This document shows positions 24,638 to 38,740 of a DNA stretch of 64,000 nucleotides, in pieces. The translations under genes were made by a program, and so were the position numbers. The notes under the pieces were generated by a model. The model searched no databases. It was given only the letters and a program-made list of their open reading frames with translations, and had not been told where the DNA came from. Numbering within the stretch: the first letter of the stretch is position 1; each line of letters begins with the position of its first letter. The stretch is from Camelus ferus (lineage: Eukaryota), in NCBI RefSeq assembly GCF_009834535.1, contig NC_045696.1, positions 82,648,001 through 82,712,000 of the forward strand, read 5' to 3'.

Positions 24638-26979
24638 GTAAGAATATATTTTAATATATTTTTATATATTATGATGTGTAATGAAGAGATTACTTTTTAA
24701 AATGTCCATGAGATAAGCAAATCCATTTGTTGCAAAATGTCTTCAGATAGATTTTTAAGGGTGAATCTCTCTCATAATTTCACGGCTTGGTAGAAACAAA
24801 GTATTGCTTAAAAGTGTGGCAGGAGAGAAAGGAACTCAACTGATGAGTCAGAGTAGTATCAAGTTGAAAACATACAAAGGAAACAAATACAGTTTTTTAA
24901 TTAATACGACTGTCTGTACAGTATGTGGCACAAGCAAACAAAAGTCATCCTATGACATTTATTGTATTTTATGTTTTCTTTTTTTGGGAGGTGGGGCTTG
25001 GAAGATTGGAGGAAATATTTGTTTTCTCCCTTTTGTGGCTTTGAGTTAATTTGGTTTTACTTTCATTCTACATGTTTATTTTGCTCTGTGTTCCTCTGAT
25101 ATATTTTGCCCCTCTTGTGATAATCCTGCTTTGATTCTACATGTTTCCAGAATGTGTGTACTGTGCTGAATCCTGTGATGATTCTTTATAGTCAAATTGA
25201 TTTAATGAGTAATTCACACATAAAGATGGCAACAAAAACAATATGAAAATCAGTCGCTAGTTTCAGCCATTCTTTTCACAGAACCCCATCTGGAAGTATA
25301 TAAGAGTGAGTAGTTATGGTCTGATTACAAAATCTAAACAAATTTTATTTCAACAAGGACAGGTAATTATGTTATTCTTTGAGTTTATAATTTTTATATA
25401 AATTCAGTATATATATTTCCCATTTATTTTTATAACTTGAAAACTTTTGTGGTTAAATCACAGTGTCGTAATTTCTGGAATATCTGATCTATATCTGAAA
25501 AATTTGTAGGCAATTTCTATATGGGCAAGAAAGTGTTTTTTGGAGTTGTGATTGGCCTTTGGTTTCACAGTATTTCAGTTAGACAGAAATCAGACAAACT
25601 AGATTTATTTTGGTATGTTCTTTTAATATTTATGATCATTAATAGAATATCTGGTTAGCTTTTAAAATAGAAATAAATATGCAGTGCCTTCAGGACTTAA
25701 TTTCAACTTTTTGTCCCTTTGCTTCATATGCTTCCCCTTATGAAATCTGCTCAAAATGTCATAATAAAAATAATCCTTGTTCAAATTCTGAAATGCTAAA
25801 AGTTAAGATCTGGATTTGACCTAATTACAAGTGAGAAATCCTTCCTTAGTTTTATTCTTAGCCACAACTCCGGTGAAGTTGCAGTTTAGCTACATTGCCT
25901 CAAGACGTGTCTATTGATAAGAAATTTTTAAAAAATCACTGTAGCATTAACTGATATGTGAGTTGAATACGTTTTAAACCAAATGCGTACAAACTTTACG
26001 TCATTATTGTTCACCTTAAAATAATGGCTATAAACATTCTACTAATAAGTAACTCATTAAACTTTTATTGCAAAATCTCTAGAGTTAAACAGCAAGTGCA
26101 GTCCTGCTCAAGATTATCCAGAAGGCTTGGAATAAACCAAGACTTAATAATGAAATCATTTTGCAATTACAGGGTTAGTAAATGCCGTTCTGTGCCTCTT
26201 TAAACAGGATACCTGTAGATTCAGGGATGAACCTAGGGATAGTTCTGCATTTAGAGGAAATTTAAACATAATTAATTTTTTTGTCCTTGGACTGAAATGT
26301 CTTCAGTATATACCTGGGCAAATGCTTACCTTGAGAAGTGTAAAATAATTCTTTTCATTCTGTCAAAACTGAGTTGTATTGCTTGGTGTTCAAGATAACT
26401 TTATAAATAGTTCATGACTCCGGCTAAAGATCACCCATTTCCTCTCTCTTCTTCAAGAATTCAGTTGATGGTCAATTCAGTGATTTTCTTTAGCATTTTA
26501 ATGGTCACCCTTGCTTTTGAGAGTGTGGACTGTCTGCTCTAGATGCCACAGAAAGGGCTTTTTTGGTGTGATATTGGCAAACTTGTTCTCCATGGAGGAA
26601 CAGTTCAGTTCTTGACTTTAGTGATTTTTTTTTAGTCTTACCCTAGTTAATACAAAATCCAATTATGAATAACAAAGGCCTTGCACAAAGTCATCTTACC
26701 CACTCTCATGTGCTCTTTTTAATTGTTGTCCTGTCGTATTTGCCCTCTACTGTAGCTGATTCCTCTGCTGTTTGATTGGACAAATAGTTGTGATTAACTA
26801 GTATGGCTTCTCTTTTTGATACTCCTTCAGTTTTAAAAATGGTGAATTGAATGAGGAAAAGAAGCCTCTTAGGCCAAAGAGAATAAATATGAACGGGGGA
26901 AATCCAGATTCAGCAAATTCTTGAGTGCCTACTATGCATCAGATTCTGTGCTAAAAGTTTCCTTGACAGAAACCCAGGC

Positions 26980-27536
26980 TATCAATAACTGAACAAAGCC
27001 TTCCTATCTCCTGTACCATCCTTTTTCTTTTCTCCCTCCAAAGCTCCCCTCCTTGTGCATTTCCTGTATAATAAATTGCATTACCATCTGTCCAGTTGTT
27101 CGAGCTAGAAAAGCAGATCATCTTTGACTCTACTCTCTTTTCCCATGGCAACCCTCTCTGATTTATAGTTCCTATATTCTATTAAGCCTCCATTCTCTGC
27201 ACACACTGGTCTCCCTACCTGGGAAATCTCTTCCTTCCCATCCTTAGCAAATTTCTATTCACTCCTCAAGTTCTCTTCTTCCATGACACCATCCCTGACC
27301 TTTCTAGTCACCATTCAGTCCTGTTTAAATTTTGTCCCACCATAGCACCAGGTAAATTCATACTAAAGAACATAAAACATTGTGCAGTGTCCAAATTATT
27401 TGTCTAGTTTCCCCAGTAGAGCCAAATTTCCAGGAGAGCTGGCATTAGCTGTAGCCTGTAAGTACAGTATCTTGCTTGGGTTCTATCTGTGGTGTCTGTG
27501 GTGTCATCTAATGCTAACAACTTTACCTGAAATACT
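26980..27536 (+). mobile_element. LINE-2 fragment; its 3' tail resumes at about 27976-28040 after the LTR
   Basis: ttaccatctgtccagttgttcgagctagaaaa...catctttgactctactctc; tail aacaaataattgttcaataatggaatgagtgaa. Confidence 0.6.
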
Positions 27537-27541
27537 CAGAC

Positions 27542-27970
27542 TGGATTAGTCAGCTCAGGCTGCTGTAACAATAAGCTGTAGACTGGGTGGCTTAAACAAC
27601 AGAAATTTATTTGCTCACAATTCTGGAGGCTAGAGGTGTGAGAGCAAAGTTTCAGCTGATTTTGTTTCTGGCAAGAACTTTTCTCCTGGTGTGCAGATGC
27701 TGCCTCCTTGATATGTCTTCACATGGCCATTCCTAGGCGTGTGCACATGTATGTACACACAAGCATTGAGAAAGGTGAGAGGAGGCGAGCGCTCTCTGGT
27801 GTCCTTCCTTCTTATAAGAACACTAATCTTATTGGATCAGGACCGCACCCTTATGACCTCCATTGAACCTTATTTACCTCCTAAAGGCCCTGTCTCCAAA
27901 TATAGTCACATTAGAAGTTAGATCTTCAACATATAGATTTGGTGGTCACTCAAACATTCAGTCCATTACA
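27542..27970 (-). mobile_element. MLT1 (ERVL-MaLR) solo LTR, MLT1A0/MLT1B-like
   Basis: TG...CA termini; ggctgctgtaaca...gactgggtggcttaaacaacagaaatttatttgctcacaattctggaggctag; aacattcagtccattaca. 5-bp flanks CAGAC (27537-27541) and CAGAT (27971-27975). Confidence 0.92.
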
Positions 27971-28824
27971 CAGATATTTAACAAATAATTGTTCAATAAT
28001 GGAATGAGTGAAAGAATAAATGGAAGGAAGAATGAATGGATATAGGATTATGTTACTCTGAAAGAGATGGCAAGGACTGAAGGCTGAGATAGGTCCATGG
28101 AAAAAGCTAGAATCTGGATTTTAGAATATGGAATGAAGTCTTAACTCTGTGCGATTCTAGGGGAACTACTCAAAGTCAATTGCTTCTAGCATTTTTATTT
28201 GACCAATGGGCTGATAATAATTGCCACACATTGTTAGTTGTTATATACTTATAATTAAGTAAAGAGATATGGGAGTCTCTCCAAAGAAAGTTTTTAAAAG
28301 AGAAAGATCAAAGATAGTATTGTAATTAGGCCCCACTTTTATGAATCCTATTTAAATAATTTTTTAAAAGTTGAATATATCTCTCAAACAGGGCACTTTT
28401 GAAAAGTAATTTAAGCTTGTATTTTAGAGAAATAAGATATTTTTTAAAATATGGTTTACAGATCAGAATATACAGTTAGGTAAAATTAAGCCATGGACAT
28501 CAAAAACATCATTTGTATGATTTCTCTCAAACCAGTATTGATTTGATAAAGAAAAACTTTAGAAATAATATTAGAGTTTGGCAGTGATTTCCACCTTGCA
28601 TAGGCATATGACTTGTCTCAAACAGAAAGATGTTCAAAGACTGGGGAGTGCTTGATTGTCTCTAGGACCTGAAAGTAATCAATGATTGAACATTTTTTCT
28701 TAGGTTTAGAAATTTAGAGTTACGGATTGAACAAAGAATAACTTTAAAAGTTCTGCTGGTTCAAGATGAGGTTTTCTCATATGTTTCCTTCTAAGGATGA
28801 CCATTATGTGATGACATAGGACCT

Positions 28825-29032
28825 GCATGGCAGAGCAGGAGGGAACCGGCTTCTGGAGGGAGACTTCCCGGGCTTGGATCCTCCTCAGGGTTCCGTGTGC
28901 TAGTTGAATAATTTGGGAGAAGTCACTAAATTCACTGACCCTCCGTTTATTTATATGTAATATGGTGGTAATAATTATACCTATCCAATTAGGGTTGCTG
29001 TGAAGGTAAAATGTGACATTGTGTGTTAGAAG
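28825..29032 (+). mobile_element. MIR SINE
   Basis: ttgggagaagtcactaaattcactgaccctccgttt...taataattatacct...tagggttgctgtgaagg. Confidence 0.75.
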
Positions 29033-32000
29033 TCTACTAAAGAAACTTCCACCTGGGAGAAGAGCTTAACAGGTGGAAAGCAACAAGAAAAGCTTGGCTG
29101 AAATACAGCTCTAGCCTAGGGTCATTAGGTAGCGTGAAGGCCAATGTATATTTTACTTACTGATTTTTATAAATGATGCTCTTTCTCCCACTTTTCTTTC
29201 CTGCAAGTTCAGTTATCTTCAGAATGGTCTAATTATGTGCCTCTGGGTTTATTTGAAAAGGAAGCACTGATTGTTTCCTAACTAACAATTAGAACAACGA
29301 TTCAGGAGGGATTCATAAATTTATTTTTAAGCCAAAGAGTTAATTTGGGTGGCATATTTTTTTAATAGTCTGAAATGGGTGATTGGAGAAGGAAGGTGAA
29401 GTTCTGTTTCTTCAGAATATTGTCCTTTAGCACATTTTCTTTGCCTATGTTCACTGTCATTGGCCATCATAAAACTCTGCAAGTGAACATAGGTCAGTTG
29501 ATAGTGCACCTATCAGGTGCCAAACTCTCTGTTGTATCCATCTCACCCAGAATTGCTCCAGGTTACTTTGATTGGGTAAAATACCAGGTATGAACTTGGC
29601 TTTTCTTTTTCTCCCCTCTAGCATACACATATTCAGACTTAGAAAAATAATGACATGAGTGGACAGCAAATTTCTCTTATGTTCTGTTAAATAGATGGGA
29701 AGAAATAGTGGAAAGAGATTTTACTGGAGTCAGAAATTCATTAAATAATTTTGATTCAGTGCTTTGACAATACATTATATTCTAGCAATGTAATCCTGAA
29801 ATGTGATATTACAATGAAAGTGTGCCTCCCTATGTCATTGAAAAAGAAATAGTTCTCACATGTGTAAGTTTGATTTTGAGTTCTGTGGTGATGCCTTACC
29901 TGTTAAAACATGCAATCTATATGCTAACTGAAACATGGATATCCATTAAAACAACAACATCATCATGCTTTCAAGATACCTAACAGCTGAATTCAGAGTC
30001 AAAGGCTGACAATCAAATAATGTTTGGTAATAAAAATGGGGTAATTTAGGATTTTAGAGATATATACCAGGTATCTTTGAATGGCAATATTTTTCACCTG
30101 TTTCTCTCTAGGTCTGTTTGGGCCAAAAATGAATTTTATCTGGTTTGGCATTGTTTTCAGAGAAAATGCTTATTCACTAGTGAGAAAGCAACTTCACTTG
30201 ACAAGTTGCATATCCTTAAAGCTAGATAACTAAGTGAAGACTTTTGTCTTAATAATTTTGAAATGAATTGATTCCAACAGAATTATTCTACCAATTATCC
30301 AAAAGATAACTACCCAATATCTTTAATGGGTAGTTAGGGAAGAAAAATATATTTAATAATAAATGTATAATCCCATAAAACCTTACATTACAATTTATTA
30401 GATTTTTGCAATATTATTTAAAAGATGGCAAATATAGTTTGGATATTCAGTTTTACTTTGATAATTAATTTGAGAGGAATTAAGAAATAAGATAATACTA
30501 AGAGAAAAAGTGAGGCTTAGTTAATAGGACTCTGAACATGATTGTTACGGGGGCCCAAGAAGATGTTATAGATTCTCTTAAGCATAATGAAATCAGGAAA
30601 AGAATATGCAATTAATTTTATTCATCTTGTGCTTCCAGAATACATAGCAGAAACGAAATCTCTGGTTGTTAAAAGAAAATAGAAGTTTACTCTTCTGAAG
30701 CACCATGAACTACCCCTAGTTTTGACCTGGGCTCAAGAGGGTTCCTCCCTTCTGATCTGAAGAGATCAGAATCCCATTACCTGCACCCACTCATGCTCTG
30801 TCAATCAGAGGCTTGTCCATCTTATACTTTCTTCCATGAAAAGTATTGATGAAGTTCACCGTGTCTACTCATCTTATTGCTGTTTTGACAACTTCTAGCA
30901 TTCCCAAAGTGCAGTTGAAGATGTGGGCAAGTCTAGTATCAAACATTTTTTAAAAGATCCCCCAATATCAAGAGTTTTTTGTTTCACTTTGCCTGCCTTG
31001 GTGATCAGCTAGAATTTACATGTGAATCACTCCTTTTTCAAAAGCATATTGGGTGATTTCTTCCAATTGGAAGTGTATCCCACAAAATAGACCAGGATGA
31101 GTTTCTTTCTTATTTATTCACTCCCCATGGCTGCATGATTATTGCTTCCCTCGTTAGTTTGTTGCTAAGTCGATAGTAAAACCCATGGGTTCAAAACATG
31201 AAGTGTTCAAGAAAGATCCTCTTTTAACAGATTTGACAATTGGCTCTAGGATTTGGTTAGTCTGGGGGCTGAGATTCTTTATAATGCTTTGTTTTTCTAG
31301 AGCACTTATTTGGGAACACTGCCTCACACATTCTGTTCTCTAAGCTTTTTCCTTGAGGATAAGTTAGGAAGCAGTGGGAAGCAGTGAGAAGTAGCTGATT
31401 CAGAGCTATCTTAGAAGGATCAAAGAGTTGGTTCAGCTTCTGTGCTCCCTAGTTTGTTCGGTGTAGCAATATTGAGAGAATTTTTTCGAGTAACGTTAAA
31501 TAGGTAGTCTGGAGAAGTGGGGACACTGAGAGGATTTGTACACTTATTTCATCAGTATTTTTTGATGAAGTGCTTCTCTTTATACATAATTCTGCCCAGG
31601 AATTTTAAAAAATGAATTAATATGTCAGCTAATTACTGAAAATTTAGTTAATAAATAGCATCCTTATTTTTGCTCTGGCATATCTTTTGGCCTTTCATGA
31701 TGTAGCTGAAGCTAAAGTTAGGTCGAATAGTGTATGCTTTTAAAGAATGTTTTCTACGTGATAATTAGTAGGATTGTCAAATCCCCAGATCACAAAGACC
31801 GAGAAATGGTGAGCTATCATGACATAGAATGATAGAAAGAGACGTGTGTGTGGAGCAAATAGATACCAAGAGCTACCTGTTAGGATGTCATTTCTTTTAA
31901 GTCTCTATTTGACATAACAAGATTTTAGTACAGCATGAGAAGTTTGACAGTACCTTTGATGTAAAGGGACTTTTTCTTGTACTGATAGAAGGTATACAAA

Positions 32001-32453
32001 CGTTATAGAGACATAGTTTGCTTCACTGATCAGCTCCACACCACAGTGTGAGCTGGGTCCACATGACCAATGGAGAAAGTCTGAGAGTTTCTCCGAGGAA
32101 CCTTCATGGCCAGGAATAAGGCAAGCAAGTTCAAGAACAATTAGAAGTTTATTCTATGATTGTTGGTCATGTCACCTACTCCCAGTATCTACTGCTTCCA
32201 GATGCAATCTCTATCACACTATTAAGCATTATCCCATCAGCTTTCAGCCCAGACTTTTATTCCACCAGTTAAATGCTGCCTGAGACACAGAAAATAATTT
32301 ATACCTCTCAATGGAATTTTAGGAAGTCAGTTGTAGAACGTCATCTGATACAGAAACGATGTCTCCAGAACTCACTCTGCACAACCTTACACACGCATAC
32401 ACAAAAAAATACATATGCTTTCTTATGTTTTTTTAATTGATTGGTTTGGAATC

Positions 32454-32906
32454 AATTTTTTTTTATTGAAGTATAGTTGATTTACCATGTTGTGTTAGTT
32501 TCTGGTGTACAGCATAGTGATGAAGTTTTATATATATTCTTTTTCATATTCTTTATCATTATAGGTTATTACAAGTTATTGAATATAATTCCCTGTGCTA
32601 GACAGCATTACCTTGTTGTTTGTCTATTTTAAGTATAGTAGTTAATATCTAAAAATCCCAAGCTCCTGTTTTATCCCTCCCCTCCCTTTCCCCCGACTGG
32701 TAACCATAATTTGTTTTCTCTGTCTGTGAGTCTGTCTCTGTTTTGTAAATAAGTTCATTTGTGTCATTTTTTAGATTCCACATATAAGTGACATCATATG
32801 ATATTTGTCTTTCTCTGTTTGACTTACTTCACTTAGTATGATCATCTCTAGGTCCATCTGTGTTGCTGCAAATGACATTATTTCTTTCTTTTCTATGGCT
32901 GAGTAG
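32454..32906 (-). mobile_element. 5'-truncated LINE-1 3' UTR (cetartiodactyl-type)
   Basis: ttttattgaagtatagttgattt...ttagattccacatataagtgacatcatatgatatttgtctttctctg. TSD-like TTGGAATC at 32446-32453 and 32907-32914. Confidence 0.92.
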
Positions 32907-33209
32907 TTGGAATCTTAATTTTGGATTTGGATTTTGGGTCTAAGAATTTTGGATGTTTGGCCCTGATACTTTCTCTGTGTGACTCATATAAAGTTGTGTG
33001 TGACCCACCTCCCTTAGAAACCAGTAATAAGCAAATCTTTTTCAGAAACATCAAAGGGGATTTTGTTTATATTGTCCTTTCTCCCTATGTACCCCTGTCA
33101 TCCACTGTCTTACTCTTTCACTATCTCACACATCCAGCAGGTGCTGCTCTCAAAGACTCTCCCCTCTTGAACACTATCCTCATAATCCAGGTCTGCCTTT
33201 CTCTCTTTC

Positions 33210-33325
33210 TATATATATAATAATATATATATATAAAATTATGTATGTATTATATATAATAATACATGTATATAATTATGTGTATATGTTATGTATACAA
33301 TTTATATATATTATTATATATATAA
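33210..33325. repeat. (TA)n-rich low-complexity tract
   Basis: Direct reading. Confidence 0.9.
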
Positions 33326-36300
33326 AACATTTTAAGTCATATAGATGAATTTACTCAATGTGGACTTTTTCCATTCTAGTATTACCTAATAAAGGTTACC
33401 TAGTATCTGGACTTGGCTGGTAAACAAGGACCCAGCCGTGGATCCAGGACAAAAAGTTCCTTCCTCCCTGGGGGTGGGATGGGCAGAGGATGATGATTAT
33501 AGATACTTGTGCTCTGAAATCTCTCTTGTTCCTGCCACATCCCCACCGAGAATTTTCCTTGTGCATAGGAAATACGCCTTTCTTTTTTGTGGCTATGGTT
33601 GTATTTTCTCTGACTTGTATTTCCTGTGACTACTGGCCAGGCAGCTCATGTCCCAGATCCATGAGAGGTGGGTGCCTCTGTGCCTCCTTCCGACTGGCTG
33701 GCAGTGGTATTTTTCTCTGACACTGCAGCTGACCTCTCAGGCTCCCCAGGTGTGCACGGCATGGCACAGAAACCTCCACTGCCTGGCAGCAACAGGTGTG
33801 GATGATTTGTGTTTTCCTTTTTTTCATTTGTTTAGATTCTTGTGGTAGGAATTCAGCAGGTGTGTGATGGCTGCATAGAATCTCCACCCTGGCACAGAGG
33901 CCAGCTGCCCTCAAAAAAAGATGATCTTGTTGGTCTCGCAACACTGCCAGCTTGAATCCCTGTTTTCCTGGAAACCTCACCCAAAGGCAAGACTCTGCCT
34001 AACCGATGAGTTAGGATAACTTCATCTCAATAGATGAACCAGAAGAGTCTCCTTATAGGCAGCAAATCTACAGGTAGGAGCAGGTTACCTGGCCCTGCCC
34101 TCCTGGACTTTTCTTCTTTCTTCCTTTCTAACTTGAGCTGGTATCATTCCAATTACAGGAAAATGATAGGAAACCCTGGGCTTGGTTTGCAAAGAGATAT
34201 AAGCCAAGCCAGGATGATGTTGTTGATGTATAAGTTTCTGCTCCTTTGACTGAGACTAAATGTAGGAGCACAGGTGGAGTGTGGTTCTTGGTAGAGTTCT
34301 CCACCTTCCTGCGATCCCCTCAGGAAGTCACTAATCCTGGGACCAATCAGTTCAGTAGAGGGCAAGGTTAACTTGGAGCTTACCCCAGACCATGTGGAGC
34401 TTTAGTGAAGGGGTAGGGGAGGTTAGCTACAGTGACACAGAGGGAACCAGGTAGTTAGAGAAGGAGGTAACCAAGAGCCATTGCTGTCAGTCTGTCAGCA
34501 CGTGGTCCTGGGCCGTCAAAACTTTCCCTCTCCTCGTCCTCATTAACCTCTCAAAGATTTGCACTATGGCTTGCTTCTCTTGGCTGGGTCACGATAGCTA
34601 AAGAAATAGATACATACACCTTAGATTACTCAGTTTTTCCTTGTCACAGACCCTTCCCCAGTTTTTCTGTAGAGACAAGCTTGGAGTTTATTTGATGTCA
34701 TTGTTACTCACATACACATAGTATAGATGGGTGTTTTGAGGACAGGGGGAGGCCACACAGTGATTGGCTGTCTGGGCCCTATACCTCTCTGGATGTAGAC
34801 ATTGCTCATCTATTCCCTTTAGGTAACACGTGGCAGAGGAGGATGTGTCTCGGAGGGCGGCAGATGGGATCTGTAAGTCATATTGGGGAAAAGGGTGTCG
34901 TGTGTGAGTGTGGGGTAGTCAGCAGACCAGGCTCTCACGCCGCATCTTAGCCTTTCACAGTGCAGATATTTATATTAACATACGTCTGATGGAACAGCAC
35001 TAGCTGAAGAGAACTGGTTGTCATAATCCAGAGAAGTAAACATTAAACATTGTATGAACCCTTAAAATCAATTTTACAGCTGTTATACTTTTGTTGTGGC
35101 ATTTCATATGTTTGTCTTTAGCTGTTGCTAATATGTTATTTTAATCACGGTATCTCTTGATAATCAAGTTCTTCTGTAGTAACAAATAAGTAAGATTAAA
35201 GCCCTTTCACTGAACTCCAGGATTGAGAGTGGTCAGTCATATGTCCAGAAATTGATTAGAACTTACTTTATATCCAAGTCAGTGCCCCCTTAAGAGATGG
35301 GGAGGGATTAAAAATAGCTCTTTTGCACAATGGATGATACTGAAAAAGAAAAAGAATTATCATTGTGTTTAATAAGGGAACTGACAAGCAATCATAATTC
35401 TTTCCATTAAGTAAATATGTTAGAAAAATTTATTATGAAATGACATATTATGCAAGCCAGGAATCAAAGATGACATCCTTGCATTAAATACGGTAGATGC
35501 CATTAAGGAAAACAGTCAATATGTCACCAAGCCATGGCCTGTAAAAATTAAATTGATTTGGTAAATGTAAGTAAGATAGATCTGTTTGCTTTCATCATCA
35601 ATTTTGAGTGGGTGAACAGGTGATGTCACCAACCTGGGAGCGATAAAGATGCAGGACCATCTGGAAAGGCAGGTGATGAATGGGCAACTGCTTTTGGATA
35701 GTGACAGTGCTATGGTACTTTGTCACTTGGGATGCAGTACTTAATAACTTTTCAATACCATCATAATAAATTTCACTGCCTTATTAATATAGAAATGGTG
35801 AGTTATTACTGTGATGGTGATTGTAAATAACTGGAGATGCAGCCGTCAAAAGCTGATTGTTTGGGCATGTTTCTTTAAGCAACACAGTTGACTCGTGATA
35901 ATCAACCTATGTCTCTACCAGTAGAGTTTATTGCACTTGTCAAAGGAAAAAGTAGTATTATTCAAAATTATATGAAGTCGTAATAAACAAGTTTAATATA
36001 TTATCAGACTTTTCCTGTAAGTTTCCAAACACGACGCAGTAAATCATTTTTAATAATGTCTTTTCATGTAAAAAAAATGTTCTTATACAGTAATAATGTC
36101 CTTTCCTAACTGTTAACAAAACAGTCGACTTCTTTGTGTTTTAAAGGGTAATTTTATTTGTACTTTTCAATCATTTTCTTTTGCAAATAAAGAGCTAAAA
36201 GCGGGAACCTTAGAACATTTCGTTAACAAGCTCGAAAGTTGCTGAGTACAGGCCATGTCACACGTCTCCATTTTAATTGAACAGATGTACTTAAGAGTAA

Positions 36301-37282
36301 ACCACAGCAAACGAAGTACAGACAAAATTATAAACATGTGTCACTAAGAAGCAGGCAGGAAAGAGCCTCTGATGAGCATCTGTGTGTATTTTATGAAGCC
36401 AAAGACTGCCACTTCATAAGTTTGTCACTGATGTCTCCAGTTTAATGAGGAGAAACAAAATCTGTAGATAGGTGTAAGCTGAAGATGAATTATGGGATCA
36501 ATCACTTAGCAGCATTCAGGGTGTCTGCCGTCGTGCGGTGGGAAAATAATTAGATCTGGGATGCTGTTCGTCTTTCTGTCCCGGGTGTTCAATCTGGGAT
36601 GGAATATGGTAAACCTTCCTCTTTTATGTCACTGTGGCCTTTATATTGTTTCTTGGCCAGGCTGACTTTTAATTCTGACATTGTCTTTCAGGCTGCCGTC
36701 TGCCAGCCTCTTAAATGAAATGCCTCTCCACCATTTCTATTACTGCTGAAAAGAGAGCCAGCAGTCTATTAACAGGCAATAAAGTTCAGGAAGCCCAGGA
36801 CTCATTTCTTGGGTCAGAGGTGAAAATTGCATACGAAATGAAACAAAGGTGGGCCTTGATCGCTCAAGAAGCTGCACCAGAAAGCACACACGTGCTGTTT
36901 GCCAGAAGTCTCCCACTTAAAGGGAGAGGAATAATCGTAATAATGCTGGCCGATGGAGTTAAGTACTCAGTTGAGAGAAATTATATCAATCTGACAAATA
37001 CAGCCTTCACAGGAGATAAAGTCTCTAATGACCTTAAATGCATATATTTATCATTTAATTCAACAAGCCGATTCCCTTGGGCTTCTGACCAACGACATTT
37101 CCCCGAAAGTTTAGAAATTTTTTACTCGCCCAGAGAATAATGGCCATTTGTCAGGAGGTTCCAAAGCTAAACGCAGTTGGAAGCAAAGAACAGGAGGGGG
37201 TGGGGGTGGGCGGGGAGAAAAAGGCTAATCGAGTCTTTCCACCTCCGAGAATATTAATGCGAAGTTTTATTGCTGCCGGGGC

Positions 37283-37318
37283 TGCAGTATTTTGTGGCTG
37301 AACAGTAGGTGGCAGACA
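37283..37318 (+). promoter_or_regulatory. Candidate CTCF site with possible upstream module
   Basis: ACAGTAGGTGGCAG (37302-37315) preceded by TGCAGT (37283-37288); motif match only. Confidence 0.5.
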
Positions 37319-38502
37319 CTGTAGTGAAGAAATGGGGAAATTTTAATCTAGGCAATTTTCATCTGATTTCATTAACTTCCAAATATGTCACCTGTGTGCA
37401 CGGCGCATTACTTTGCAAAAAAATAGGAACACTAAACAGTTACGAAACGTGCTAGTCGAATGTGGAAAAATCAAAAGGACCCTGCAGAAATAGCAGCCAA
37501 AGGTCTAACGTTTCATCAGGTAAAGTGTGTGTGAAACAGGAAAGCCCACAGAATAAAGGGACCCTTGTGTACGGTGGGCTTTCCCTCACTGTTATTCTTG
37601 GTCTCCAGTTGATGAAGTGTATCGGTGATATGCACGAAGCCTGGCGACTCCTGTATCTCCCTTTGTGAGACTGTCCTTGCCTTTGTTCGTGCTGTCAGTC
37701 AGTTGTTCTTTCTCATTGGGCAGCCACGTTGGTAACCACAGGATCTACTTGCAAATAGATTTCTGTGAAACCATATTATCCTGCAGCCCTTGAGTCCTTC
37801 TCCCCGCCCTCCCCCCTTCCCTCGACAATCTGGCCATTCATGTGGCATGGCTCCCTGGCTTCCTTCTTTGTCATCCATTAAGGTTTCAGCGAGACTGTGT
37901 GAGATAGTGGAGGGAAGCCTGGCGTGGGTGCCTGGAACCTGGAGTTCTTGCTCCAGCTCAGACTTAGGACCTTGGAAGAGTCACCTGACTGTCCCCTCTG
38001 TCTAGGTCTAGTCTAGCTCTGATTTTGAGTTTTTGGGTGCTGTCTCATACACCAGCTCCTTTATCCTCATGGACATGCTCTGTGCTGTCACAGTTTTAGA
38101 GCATTATTATACTGGGGCCTATGCACCTTGGGAAGGATACTAAGTTAAATTAAGTAGTAAAGAGATGCTTGTTTTACAGTTTCTCTAGTTGTATTAAACT
38201 GGTATAATTGTGTTCAGTAAACTCGAAATCAAAGCACATTTGATATGTGTCTCTTTTTGAAATTCATGTTTTAGTATGGAAGGCAGCTTAAGGCCAAAGC
38301 CTTGTTTTGAAGGGAAAGTAAGCTGGTTAGAGAGATTCCATTCCTAGCCATCTTGGAAAAGATACAGGTATAAATTTCATTCTTTCCCTGGGGTATGACT
38401 TAGTTCAGCCTCAGCTGTATACTAAGGCAATGTTAAAAAAATACCATTTGGTCCTGTCAAATATAATGTAAGTGTCGTGAGTTTGTTTCTTAAAAAAAAA
38501 AA

Positions 38503-38740
38503 GGCAGTATAACATAGGGACTGCCAAGTGCATTGGGTAATGAACTTGGTTCAAATTCTCCACCGCTTACTAGCTTTGTGACCTTGAACAAGCGCAAAAC
38601 CATTTATTGTCTCAGTTTCCTCATCTGTAAAATGGTAGTACTGATTGGATCTGCCTGGCAGGATTTTTACGAAGGTTACATTGCGAAGTGTGGCAAAGGC
38701 TTAGAGTAGGGCTTGGTATGCTGTAGTAAGCATTTCAGAG
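38503..38740 (+). mobile_element. MIR SINE, near full length
   Basis: ggttcaaattctccaccgcttactagctttgtgaccttgaacaag...tctcagtttcctcatctgtaaaatgg. Confidence 0.9.

Noticed and set aside
24167..24700. 177-aa ORF as a standalone gene
   Set aside because: Only 24300-24637 matches MECOM; the flanks are intron read-through beyond canonical splice sites.
36715..37140. 141-aa ATG ORF
   Set aside because: No recognisable domain; the region looks like a non-coding element. A PhyloCSF test would be needed to revive it.
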